A stretch of DNA of 64,000 nt. Source: Macrostomum lignano. Lineage: Eukaryota. Location: assembly GCA_002269645.1 (NCBI GenBank), contig NIVC01001217.1, positions 1 to 64,000 of the forward strand, in the 5' to 3' direction. The notes beneath the pieces were generated by a model. It was not told where the DNA came from, did no database searches, and saw only the letters and a program-made list of their open reading frames with translations. A program made the translations under genes and the position numbers. This document shows, one piece after another, positions 48,971 through 60,610 of this stretch; within the stretch, counting starts at the first letter, position 1, and every line of letters starts with the position of its first letter.

Positions 48971-49707
48971 TCCGCCCCCCAGCCCCCTATTCTTCCCCTT
49001 AGAATCCCAAATATTGTCTCCCTATCCGTTCTCCTATTATTTTTTAAGCTCTTCTTTGTACCCATTTCCATTGTAACTTCTTATTATTTCCAATCAAAGA
49101 AATAAAAATTAATATCATTAAAACAACTATACATACCTGTTATGTATTCTGTGAGGATTTCTCTTAATTATTTTGGCTGAGGACATCGATGTACTGGGCT
49201 TTACTGTGCCATCTATTGGTCAAAAAATAATATCATATGATTATACGAGCAGCATGATTGCAGCTTTTTACTTTCTTTCACTTAAACAAGAATTTTGCCT
49301 GTGATTGTCTATGCTCTTTCATTTATTTAGTCCAGTTTTATAGAGGTCAAAATTTCATATTCTCACTATAAGGAGTAACAAAAAGATGAAAACTTTCTCA
49401 TGCAAACTTAATTCCAGTTTGTTGTTTACTATTTTGTGCTTATTTTTTACAAATATACTACATTAACTACTTAAAGTGAAGTGGCAATCATTTTTATGCT
49501 TATTTTTATTCCAGTAATAAATATAGATGTCTTTCCTGCTATTAAATAAATCTTTTCGATACATATCGGACAGCTCTTAGTGAAGCGTGTATACACTGTT
49601 AAGGTACTGCCATTAACGATTAGCAATTATTGCATACTTATTCTGCACAAATTGGCGTTATCCTTACCGGCTGAAGAAAGCAGCAGTAGAAAAAAATGTT
49701 TTTATTT

Positions 49708-49713
49708 AAAAAA
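49708..49713 (-). terminator. RNA polymerase III terminator (T-run) of tRNA-Gln
   Basis: TTTTTT 2 nt downstream of the tRNA 3' end on the minus strand; further T-runs follow. Confidence 0.85.
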
Positions 49714-49715
49714 GA

Positions 49716-49787
49716 AGGTCCCACCGAGATTCGAACTCGGGTCGCAGGATTCAGAGTCCTGAGTGCTAACCGCTACACCATGGGACC
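49716..49787 (-). tRNA. trnQ-CTG: tRNA-Gln, anticodon CTG
   Basis: GGTCCCATGGTGTAGCGGTTAGCACTCAGGACTCTGAATCCTGCGACCCGAGTTCGAATCTCGGTGGGACCT: 72 nt, intact cloverleaf, A and B boxes. Confidence 0.98.
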
Positions 49788-49884
49788 GCTATCAAATGCA
49801 GAGTTACTGTTGCTTGATTATTTGTACACAGACTGTCTACCAAGGGAAAAATCTAGGGTAATCCCCTTCCAGTAGCTTCGGTAG

Positions 49885-52800
49885 TTGCCCCCTCGGTGGC
49901 TGTCGGACGCCTGGATGAGGCGCTATCCGCACGGCAGCTTCATCAACGTCGGCCTTTGGAAGCTGCGCATCCGCTCCTACGAGGCCGACCCTCCCCGTGG
50001 CAGTGAGCAGGGCGGGCGGGATGCTGAGGCGGCCGGGGCCGAGGCGCGAGCTTCTGCTCAGGCTGCCAAAGCAAACCGCCCCGCCCGGCAGCACGGCCGC
50101 GCGGGTAAAGCTGAGCGCGCTGCTGAGGGCGGAGGCGACCGACGCCCGGCGCGCAGCACCAAGCGGCGCGGCCTGTACCAGCGCGCAGCTGAGGCGGTCC
50201 GCACCGCCAAAATCACCCAGCTGAGGCGAGAGGTCGCCGGGACGCCTAGGCGCACGAGTTCGTCCAGGGAGGGTGGGGACGACCCAGCTGGGCCCAACCC
50301 CTCGGGGCAGGGCCGACTGGAGACGGACCCGCCTGCCCAGGCGGCTGGCTGCTCCAGGGCATTGGGCCAGTCTGAAGCGGAGGACCCCATGGCTGGTAGG
50401 CGAAGGGCGGCGAACGCTGCCTATTGCCTTCCGACCAACCGGGGGCCTTTTGCTGAAGAGGAGCCCATGGACACCGGCGACCCCGACCCGAAGCTGGTGA
50501 GCGCCGAGGAGGAGGAGGAACTCCTGGCGACTGCAACACCCGATCTGCAATGATGCCAGCGGCTACCTGGTGTCTGCAGATCAACACCCAGCACTGCGTG
50601 GCGGCGTCAGTCAACCTGATGCGTACGACAGAGCAACAACTTCCGGGCCTGGTCTTCGTGCAGGAGCCCTGGATGACTAAAGGTAAGCCAAATAATGTGC
50701 CATCTGGCTACCACTGTTTTTGCATGGCGGACTCTCAGCCTCGCCCAAGATCTCTGGTCTTTGCTGCAAAAGCTTTTGAGGCATGGATGAGACCTGATCT
50801 CTCGACTGGGGACATCTGTGTTGTTCAAATCAATAACCTCATTCCAAATAAACCTGTGCTGGTAGCATCTGCCTATTTCCCAGGCGATGCCCCAGTAGTC
50901 TGCGACGCGCTAGTCAACCTCATTGACTTACGCTACGTCCCGTCGGTTCGAGCTGCTCATTGCAGGGGATGTGAACGCACACCACCTGCATTGGGGCAAC
51001 AGGAACCCCAATAACAGAGGCGAGGAGCTGCTGGCCTATGTCAGCAGCACAAACCTCAATTTCTGTAACGTGGGCAATGAACGAACGTTCAGGGGGGCCG
51101 TAGCGCAGCGGTAGCGCAGCTGCTCTGGTGTGCCAGCGACCCAGGCTCGATTCCAAGTGCAGTCACATTAATTTGGGGCTGAATTGGAATCTCGGCTTGG
51201 CTCTGCTAGTGCAATTAACGGCCTTGAGAGCCAACCCCCCCAAGGCGCAGTGAAGTGTACATGCCTAACGATAATATAAGTTACATGTAGGGCCGCTGTA
51301 CACTCCTGTGTGAGTGTGTGCCTGCGTACGGATCCGCGCGCTTGTATGCCTGCTCAGGGGAGTCGGCGGAATGGGCAGTAATTCCTCTCGCCGGTTGTGC
51401 GCCAGGGTGCACACAACCCCCCTGTCTCTAAAAAAAAGAGCCAATGCCAGAGCTTTCCGCAGTCACGGGCTGGCGAGTGTGGGACGAGGACTCGCTCTCG
51501 GACCACCGCTTTATCCGCTTTTGCATTGGGCCGACCAAGCAAAAGCCCAAGGTCACTTGGAGTCGAAACGTCAGGAATACCGATTGGGCCGCCTAATTTG
51601 GCTCGAAGCTGAGCCGCGGCCTTCGCGATCTTGTCCCCCTCCCCCCCCCCAGTGACCTCTCTGACTGCCAGGTGGTGGATGATCTCGCCTCCTCCCTGGG
51701 CGGGGCGATCACCACTGCCTTTGAAGCAGCCTGCCCTCTAAAAGACTACAAAGGCAAGAAATCTGCTCCCTGGTGGAACCCAGAGCTCAGGGCCCTTCGG
51801 CGCCGAGCCAGGACCCTCCAAAGGCGAGCGCTCAAAACCAAAGACCCATCTGAAAGAGAGGCCTATACCCGTGCGATCCACGAGTTTAAGGGCCAAGTCA
51901 GAACGGCCAAGACGGCCACGTGGCGCCAATATTGCGAAGGGCTTGAGGGCTCTCGCCCCGTAGCCCGCGTGGTTAAGGCACTCACTAATGACCGTTTTTC
52001 TAAACTGTTGTGAAGAGACCTGATGGCTCGGTCACAGAGAGCTCTGAAGAGACTCTAGAGCTAATGCTCAACAGTTTCTTCCCTAAATCTCCGACTCAGC
52101 AGGGCCCGCCTGACCACACCGTGGGAGGGCAAGGCCTAGCAAAGTCTATGATCACCAAAGACCGCATTATTAGAGCGGCAAGGTCCTTTAACCCGTTCAA
52201 GGCGCCTGGGCCCGACGGCATCTACCCAGCGTTCTTGCACGAGGCGGTAAAAAACCACCGCTTCCAGGACCTCCTCTGTCGTCTCCTCCGAGCTTGTGTG
52301 GAGCTGGGCTATGTACCAGTTACGTGGAGAGAGGCCCTGGTGGTCTTTATCCCCAAGCCTGGAAAGAGCGACTACCAATCGGTGAAGGCCTTCAGGCCTA
52401 TCAGCCTCACCTCCTTCTGCCTTAAGCTCCTCGAGAGACTGGTGCTTTGGCGCCTACTTTCGGTCGAGCTGAAGCGCTTCCCACTCTCGCAGAACCAGCA
52501 CGCCTTTTGCGCGGGCAGGTCTACCGAGAGTGCCCTCCATGTCATTGTTGACTTCCTGGAGAGGGCCGTTCTTAACAGCGGCTTTGCCCTCTCGCTTTTC
52601 TGGACATTGAGGGGGCCTTCGACAACGTCATCTTCGAGGCCTTCTGCAGAGCCCTGGAATCCAGGGCCACGCACCATCATCACCTTGTCCGGTGGATCAT
52701 GTTCATGATCCGAAACCGCACTGTTGTGGCCCACCTGAACGGCAGCTCTCTCTGGGCGCCTGTCCCGAAAGGGGGCCCCAGGGCGGAGTTCTCACCCCCG

Positions 52801-52965
52801 TTCTCTGGAACATGGTCAAGGATGAGTTGCTTTGCAGTGATCTCCATGACCCCATTCTCAAGGTGGGCTATGCCGATGATGTGACCGCGACATGCGCGGG
52901 CCCCTCGGTTGATACCATCAGAGATCTTCTGCAGGGCTTTCTGGGACGAGCGGAGCGTTGGGCAG
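49885..52965 (+). mobile_element. Degenerate LOA/R1-type LINE: ORF1 C-terminus + ORF2 (APE endonuclease, reverse transcriptase), truncated at both ends
   Basis: ORF1 to 50553, overlapping ORF2 at 50550 (ATGATG). APE: LQINTQH..FVQEPW..AGDVNAHH..WG..SLSDHRFIRF. RT: KAPGPDGI, FRPISLTSF, QHAF, LDIEGAFDNV, PQGGVL, YADD (52869-52880). Several frameshifts and stops. Confidence 0.93.
51092..51437 (+). mobile_element. tRNA-derived SINE inserted into the LINE endonuclease
   Basis: Head GGGGCCGTAGCGCAGCGGTAGCGC (A box)..GGCTCGATTCC (B box), about 270-bp body, A8 tail; the APE frame resumes immediately after (VTGWRVWDEDSLSDHRF). Confidence 0.8.
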
Positions 52966-53285
52966 TAAAACCTATGGGTGGACATGCCAAATGCTTTGTC
53001 CCCCACCCCATCTTTTGGGACCAGTTATGGAAATCAATAATTTTGTTTCAGGGCACCAAAATATAGCACCTGCGGCGCCAAAATGAGTGCATGTGGCGCC
53101 AAAACGAGTGCCCAAATGAGTGCTTGCGGCGCCCAAATGAGTGCTTGCGACGCTAAAATGAGCGCTGACAAACACCGAGTCTCAAAATAATGTACATGTA
53201 CATGTAGGAATCTTAGTCATGTACATGTAAAATTCTTGGCTTTGTCCCCCCCCCCATCATAAAATCCATCATGGCGACGTCCCTG
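52966..53285. mobile_element. Partial hAT-like element truncating the LINE RT
   Basis: Right end reads CAGGGACGTCGCC on the minus strand; internal about 21-bp GCGGCGCC(A/C)AAATGAGTGC repeats; left TIR not found. Confidence 0.45.
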
Positions 53286-53324
53286 TACATAAATATATAT
53301 TCGCAGGAGGGCTGTACTCCAGAA

Positions 53325-53790
53325 TTTACCATGTCTTCAGTACATTGAGCTGCTCTTCCAATAAATTTCAGGCAAGGCCAAGCTCACCTGTCCAGAAAAA
53401 GGAGCTGGAATTGCGACATCTGCCGACAGACCAGACTCAAACCCAGAAACATTCGCCACCATTCCTGCTGGAGCTTCGGTGCGGTACTTTCTTGGAAAGC
53501 CGGAGCACTTTGGCTCCCTCATTTTTATCAGAAAGAAGGACTGCTGCTCTAAGGACGTTGAGGACATAAAAATCACATTTCCTAAAGATGACTATTGCAT
53601 AACTGGTACAGCAAGCACGGAGAACAGCACTGAGAACTACTTGAGATTGAGTTACCCCGTTACCCCGTTACTGCGGCTATGAATACGTAAAAAATACTTT
53701 GACGTGTCTTCGTGGAGAACCAACCGCAGCATAACTTTCTGAGACATCGAATTTGAAGCTTGGCTACCAAAATTATCACTTAGTTAAACT
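53325..53790 (+). pseudogene. Duplicated intron+exon fragment of the 27.1-28.1 kb Cys-rich/FTP-like gene
   Basis: About 260 bp closely similar (inverted) to 27440-27700, including the intron tail and AG at 53370-53371. Frame from 53372: KAKLTCPEKGAGIATSADRPDSNPETFATIPAGASVRYFLGKPEHFGSLIFIRKKDCCSKDVEDIKITFPKDDYC.., then stops. Confidence 0.6.
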
Positions 53791-53989
53791 GAGGGACTGT
53801 TAATTACTGTTTGGCTTCATAGCTGGATTAAGCCACAGCTCACCTAAATAAAAAAAATGAATTCCGACTAAAAACATGCATCTTACGATTATACAATGCA
53901 AAGCCTTAACGTGCATATACATGTACATGTACATGTACTGTATACATGTAAAATGTATAGTTACAGGAGAGCACAGCCGAGTAGGTTCA

Positions 53990-54150
53990 CTCGCGCTCGT
54001 CACCGATTTTTAAGGCGAAGCGCCGCTAGCAGGCCAGCGAACGCCACGTCAACTTGCAGTGCAAGCGAGTCCGTCAGCGTCCAGGTCTCGGCTCCGCAGG
54101 ACGGCCCCGTAAAAAGCTGCCTTTGCGGCCGGACATGATCGATTGGTACA
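53990..54150 (-). mobile_element. Small RTE-like LINE fragment
   Basis: Motif CGAETWTLTDSLALQVDVAF..LL..LRL resembles the post-RT RTE motif LYGAETWTLT...LD.F...LR.I. Confidence 0.45.
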
Positions 54151-55267
54151 CTGTAGGACAAAAGACAAATAGAGCCAAAATCAAGTCTAAAATAACTCAT
54201 GATTTCAGTGAGGAATACCGAATTAGTAGATATTCACATTTTATTTGCAGGTTCCATCCGTCTTAATTGTGTGTTGTCCAGTCGACAAATTCGCGCTTAA
54301 GAATTCTGTACACGTCACTTTTTGGTTTCAATGCCTCCTTTACACAAGAAAGCAAGACGCAGTACGACTTGTTATAATTTATTAATTTCCTTTGCTAATG
54401 ACGTAATGTCTCCTTCTTTATTCTTAATCTCTTTGTTGCTCCTAATTCTCCTTAATTCCCATGCCGCGACTAAGGATCCAAGGCCGTCTCCAATTTACGG
54501 TTTGCCCAATCCCAAATATTCTCTAGAAATGTTTTTTTAAAATTCATTTTTTTGTAACATTGATTTATAGTAAAGAAAACAATTTTTTTGATAACTTTTA
54601 ATTAGTATGTATTTAAATAAATGAATTTGTTTATCATAGCAGTTAGGCCTTGCTAGTTTTTTAAAACGCTTTGGCGATTTCTTAGGAATTGAAAATCACC
54701 ATGCATCTGGGCTTCATGGACAATGGTTTGTCCCATATTGCACTATACAAAAATTACAGAGCGTTTTTAGATGGACATAAACTATAGCATATAGAGTTCC
54801 GCCGTATCCGTATCCGTATCTGTATCCACAAAAAGTTAAAAATTTGTGGATATTCAATGACGTGGATAATGAGTGGATATTATCATATTGAAAATTTGTT
54901 GATATTTGTGGATATACAATGTATCCTAAAAACTATTAGTATATACAAATGCCACTGGGGCCTAGGCCCCACCCCAAGCCTTTTCTAAATTCTATTTTAA
55001 AAATAATACCAGGCTTAGGGTAGGCATAGGCCTAGGCTAGGCTAGAGGCCCTAGTAAAAAATCAATAAGAATTTTACTCCTTGACCTTAGCAATTTCAAG
55101 TATATCTAATACAAAAATGGTTAATAATTGAAAAAAGTTTATTATATTGGCAATGTTTTTTAAATTTTGGCCTATAAATTGACATATTATGCTAGAAATT
55201 ACCATTTTTTTTATTTCAAAAATATAAACTATCTAACTAGGCCCAAAAGGTGCCCCTATTTTTATTA

Positions 55268-55661
55268 CGAAGAGCTTGCGTGCACGGCCGCCATTCACGT
55301 AAGCTTAGAATTGCGTGCACGGCAGAGCTATATCTTATAGGCTTATACACTAAGTCATATACTATTCGAATTAATATTCAAGTTAACAAAAAAACAATGA
55401 ATTAAGATTACATTTGCAGTCCATCGTGTATGGGGGATAAAACATTATAAAACAATATAGTAAAAATATTTTTTAATTAGGTTTGCCAATGCCAATGCAT
55501 GGATTTAAGGGCCCCAGTCCCGGCCAATTGCCGGCTGCCGTGCACGCAATTACAACACTAGGTGTACGGCTGCATACATGCAAATAAAGCACTAGGTAGA
55601 TAGCCGCCGTGCACGCAATTCTGAGCTTACGTGAACGGCTGCCGTGCACGCAAGCTCTTCG
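55268..55661. mobile_element. Mutator-like MITE
   Basis: About 60-bp TIRs CGAAGAGCTTGCGTGCACGGC..TTCACGTAAGCT(T/C)AGAATTGCGTGCACGGC; 9-bp TSD TTTTTATTA at 55259-55267 and 55662-55670. Confidence 0.88.
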
Positions 55662-58033
55662 TTTTTATTATAGATTTCTAATAAATCTTTTATAAAATAT
55701 GATTTAGTTATCATCCCAATGAAAGCCAGGTACATATTTAGGCCTATAAAAATGTTTCTCTAGTCTCAGTCTATGAATTTTTTTTGTTTCTTTTTAGTTT
55801 GTTTTACACTCTGAATCATGTAGTATATGCCCCAAAATCTAGGTGTGCTGCATAGGCGCATGACTAAGACTGCCACACACCAAGATTGCTATACCTATTA
55901 TTGGCTACTGGTATTGAGGGGGGGGCTACCAATCCAATCTTCTAGCATTGCTATTCCTCTCATAGGTTCTTCTTTTATAGGCTTGTCCTATAGGCTCTCC
56001 TACCTAGGGGCCTACTCATCTGCTCTCTAGCTATATTGAGTAAGGCGGCAGATATGCCAGAATTTTCTAGCGTGCATATGGACATGGTATGCTAGATGTT
56101 TATGGCATGCTTTTTTGGCATGCTCAAAGCACTGATAAAAAATATAACACAATTGGCATGCTTAAGATGATAGGGCCTAGTAAAAAATATGGTGCAATCC
56201 ATAAGGCAGCTACAGAGGCTTTGAGTCTGATTCTATGAAACAATGTCCAATGAAGTATTTAAATTTTTAAAGCTTCTAGACAATCCAGTGACAAGATGGC
56301 AACAGACAATCTAGCAATAATCAAAGCAACAATAGACAATCTTGGAATAGATTATAGATTTTTTATGGAATTTATCTGAGACAGCAGATAAACAACACTT
56401 ATGGAAATGTTTATATAATATAGTGACCTAATTAATAATATAATATTACTTTCTAGTGATAAAAACATTATGTATTTCATTGTTGTAGAATAATCATTTT
56501 AAAAAGTATCACATAATGTTTTTAATAGCCTAAAAAATTCAAGGCTGAAAATGTTAGGCCTAGTATGTTTATATTGCATAGTAAAAAGGGTCATTAAAAT
56601 TTTGGCATGCTTGGCATGCATTAAACAGTTGACTAAAAATTTTGATATGCATGACATGAATTAGTAGCTTTGCTCATCTTCAATTCTAGCATGTCTCCAA
56701 TCCAATAACACATTGAGCCAAATTCCTCCCCTAGCTCCCCTAAGTGTAATGGTCTTGGTTTTATACCACTGTATGTATCAACCTTGCATGCCAAAAGTTA
56801 GGCGTACATAGTTGGCATGCATTACCCCTAAGAAATAGTGTGTACACATACCTGGTGTACACTTTATCAAATCATGCAAGAGTTAGTGTTAAGTTAAGTG
56901 GAAAAAATATAGAAAATTTGATTTTTAATTTAAGCATAAATTTCAAGCTTTTTAGTTTTTAAGCTTATAGTAAAGCATTTAAACAAATGTTTATATGTAC
57001 CAGTTTTGTGCTATAAATAGTATAGACAAGAAAGATAAATAATCAACCAAATTATTAGTCAATAAAGGTCCTTTACATATTGCTAAAAAGGTCATTTATT
57101 ATTGCAACATTAGTCTAGATTTGAGAGTATAGGTGTGCACTCAATTTTTTGGCATGCATTTGTAACTATTCAATTTTTTTGGGCATGGACCAACATGATC
57201 TGGACTATGGTTTATATTTGCTTTTTATTCTAAGCAATAGCATTGCAAAGTTATTTATTTGCAAAAAAACTATTTTTATATAAATTTACCTTTTGCATAT
57301 ATATTATCAAGTCATTAAACCCTCATTGAAGTCCCTAATTTTAATAAATGGATTGGAATTAGGATCCTATCCTACACTTAGCTAAATTTGGACCCTGTAT
57401 AATAAATTGGCATTCTGTTTTTTAAGATAGGTATATGTGTTCAATTTTCAGTAATTAAAATTGAACCTAATTTTTCAAGATAGATATATTTATTTATTTT
57501 TAAGTTCCATATTTTTGTTACTCATTTTCTCAAGATTTCAATAAGTTTATAATTATTGGAATTCTTTAAATTTCAAAATTTCATTCAATTGTTAGATTTG
57601 AGTAATTAGAAGTGTAAATGGCATACATGCGCAACCCCATTGATTTATACTGGCTATGCAACTTTTTGAGCAAAAATGCAACTTACCTATTAAATACAAT
57701 AAATAGCAAAATACATAAGTATGGGTAAACGGCAGGAGTAACTGTAACTGTATTATTAAGGCTAAATGCCTCGTCATCTAATTAGCACTTCATCTGTTTT
57801 TGATGGGCATTTTTGTGACTTACCTTGGTTAGGCCCCTCGCCAGCCAGCTGGATTGGCCGGGTGTTACACATGTTTGGTAATGGGTAGGGTAGATATATT
57901 GGTATTTCATTTAATTGTGAACTGATCTGGCTCAGCTTGGACCAGAAGAGCCATCCAGTCCAGCAGTCAGGCAGAAATTACACAATAGTTTGCTATTCAT
58001 GTACCGCATGTTGCTGCACTAGAAGGCAAAGCA

Positions 58034-60610
58034 ATGCCGCTCTCCTGTCGCTACTATGAACGCAAGTTCCCCGAACTAGAAGAGGTGGTCATGGTGAACG
58101 TGCGCAGCATCCAGGAGATGGGAGCCTATGTGCACCTATTGGAGTACAACAACATTGAGGGCATGATCCTGCTATCCGAGCTGTCTCGTCGGCGGATTCG
58201 CTCCATTAATAAGCTCATTCGAGTCGGTCGCAACGAAGTTGTGCTGGTGATCCGAGTAGACAAGAACAAAGGCTACATCGATCTATCCAAGCGGCGCGTG
58301 TCCCAGGAGGAAGTGGAAAAATGCGAAGAGAAGTTCGCCAAAGCCAAGGCTGTCAATCAAATTTTGAAACGCGTCGGAGAAAAGCTGGGCTACGAGAAGG
58401 ACGAACAGCTGGAGGAGCTGTACAACAAAACTGCCTGGCATTTCGATCGCAAGTACAACAGGCCCGGGGCCAGCTTTGAAACCTTCAAGCACTCCGTCAC
58501 TAATCCTGAGGTGGGCGCTGCGCTTGGCTGTTTTTTGTTTCAAATTCTCCTTTTCTTCAGCTGCCCTGTCACAATCCCTCAGTTACAGTTGCTACCCTGT
58601 CCCTAATCCCTCAGTTACGGCTGCTACCCTGTCCCTGATCCATCAGTTACAGCTGCTACCCTGTCCCTAATCCCTCAGTTAGAGTTGCTACCCTGTCCCT
58701 AATCCCTCAGTTACAGTTGCTACCCTGTCCTTAATCCCTCAGTTACAGTTGCTACCCTGTCCCTAATCCCTCAGTTACAGTTGCTACCCTGTCCCTAATC
58801 CCTCAGTTACAGCTGCTACCCTGTCCTAATCCCTCAGTTACAGCTGCTACCCTGTCCCTAATCCCTCAGTTACAGTTGCTACCCTGTCCTAATCCCTCAG
58901 TTACAGCTGCTGCCCTGTCCCTAATCCCTCAGTTACAGCTGCTACCCTGTCCCTAATCCCTCAGTTACAGCTGCTGCCCTGTCCCTAATCCCTCAGTTAC
59001 AGCTGCTACCCTGTCCCTAATCCCTCAGTTACAGCTGCTGCCCTGTCCCTAATCCCTCAGTTACAGTTGCTACCCTGTCCCAAATCCCTCAGTTACAGCT
59101 GCTACCCTGTCCCTAATCCCTCAGTTACAGTTGCTACCCTGTCCCTAATCCCTCAGTTACAGTTGCTACCCTGTCCTTAATCCCTCAGCTACAGCTGCTA
59201 CCCTGTCCCTAATCCCTCAGTTACAGCTGCTACCCTGTCCCAAATCCCTCAGTTACAGCTGCTACCTGCCCCAAATCCCTCGGTTACAGCTGCTACCCTG
59301 TCCCTAATCCCTCAGTTACAGTTGCTACCCTGTCCCTAATCCCTCAGTTACAGTTGCTACCCTGTCCTTAATCCCTCAGCTACAGCTGCTACCCTGTCCC
59401 AAATCCCTCAGTTACAGCTGCTACCTGCCCCAAATCCCTCGGTTACAGCTGCTACCCTGTCCCTAATCCCTCAGTTACAGTTGCTACCCTGTCCCTAATC
59501 CCTCAGTTACAGTTGCTACCCTGCCCCTAATCCCTCAGTTACAGTTGCTACCCTGTCCCTAATCCCTCAGTTACAGTTGCTACCCTGCCCCTAATCCCTC
59601 AGTTACAGTTGCTACCCTGTCCCTAATCCCTCAGTTACAGTTGCTACCCTGTCCCTAATCCCTCAGTTACAGCTGCTACCCTGTCCTAATCCCTCAGTTA
59701 CAGCTGCTACCCTGTCCCTAATCCCTCAGTTACAGCTGCTACCTGCCCCAAATCCCTCGGTTACAGTTGCTACCCTGTCCCAAATCCCTCAGTTACAGCT
59801 GCTACCCTGCCCCTAATCCCTCAGTTACAGTTGCTACCCTGTCCCTAATCCCTCAGTTACAGTTGCTACCCTGTCCCTAATCCCTCAGTTACAGCTGCTA
59901 CCCTGTCCTAATCCCTCAGTTACAGCTGCTACCCTGTCCTAATCCCTCAGTTACAGCTGCTACCCTGTCCCTAATCCCTCAGTTACAGCTGCTACCCTGT
60001 CCCTAATCCCTCAGTTACAGTTGCTACCCAGCCTCTATTCCCTCAGTTACCTGCTCTAAAGCTTAAAAGGCTTTAGTAACAAAACAAAACTCGCGCATTG
60101 AAGGTTCTGAACGAATGCCAGATCGACGACCAGGCCAAGGAGGTGCTGTTAGAAAACATCCGGCGGCGCCTGATGCCGCAGTCAGTGCGAATCCGCAGCG
60201 ACATCGAGGTGTCCTGCTTCACCTACGAAGGCATCGACGCTGTTAAAGCCGCGCTGAAGGCCGGTCTAAAGCACGCCACCGAGGAGTTCCCGTTGCACAT
60301 TAACCTGATTGCGCCGCCTGAATACGTGGTGACCACTTCAACGCTGGATAGGCAGGAAGGCCTCGTCAAGATGCGCGCCGCCCTGGACGACGTCAAGGCC
60401 AACATCGAGGGTCGCGGCGGCGTGTTCAGCATCAAACGCGAGCCGTGGGTCATCTCGGACACTGAGGAGGCCGAGCTGAAACAGAAACTCGAAGACCTCG
60501 AACTGGCTAATAAGGAGGTCAGCGGCGACGAGGACTCCGATGGTGACGAAGACGACGACGAGGAGGGCGGCGGCGACGACGGCGATGAGAATGGGGACGG
60601 GGCAGACTGA
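58034..60610 (+). CDS. EIF2S1: Eukaryotic translation initiation factor 2 subunit alpha
   Basis: Exons 58034-58510 and 60104-60610 (phase 0). [42 protein letters not shown] (phosphosite loop)..[17 protein letters not shown]; acidic tail; AATAAA at 60698. Confidence 0.98.
58560..60050. repeat. 32-bp minisatellite (C/T)TGCTACCCTGTCCCTAATCCCTCAGTTACAG
   Basis: About 46 copies filling the eIF2-alpha intron. Confidence 0.98.

Noticed and set aside
48730-49071. (AEEADKG)n ORF
   Set aside because: 21-bp repeat read on the antisense strand
51092-51170. Second tRNA gene; also 63570-63645
   Set aside because: A and B boxes are present but there is no complete acceptor or anticodon stem, and each is followed by a SINE body and tail
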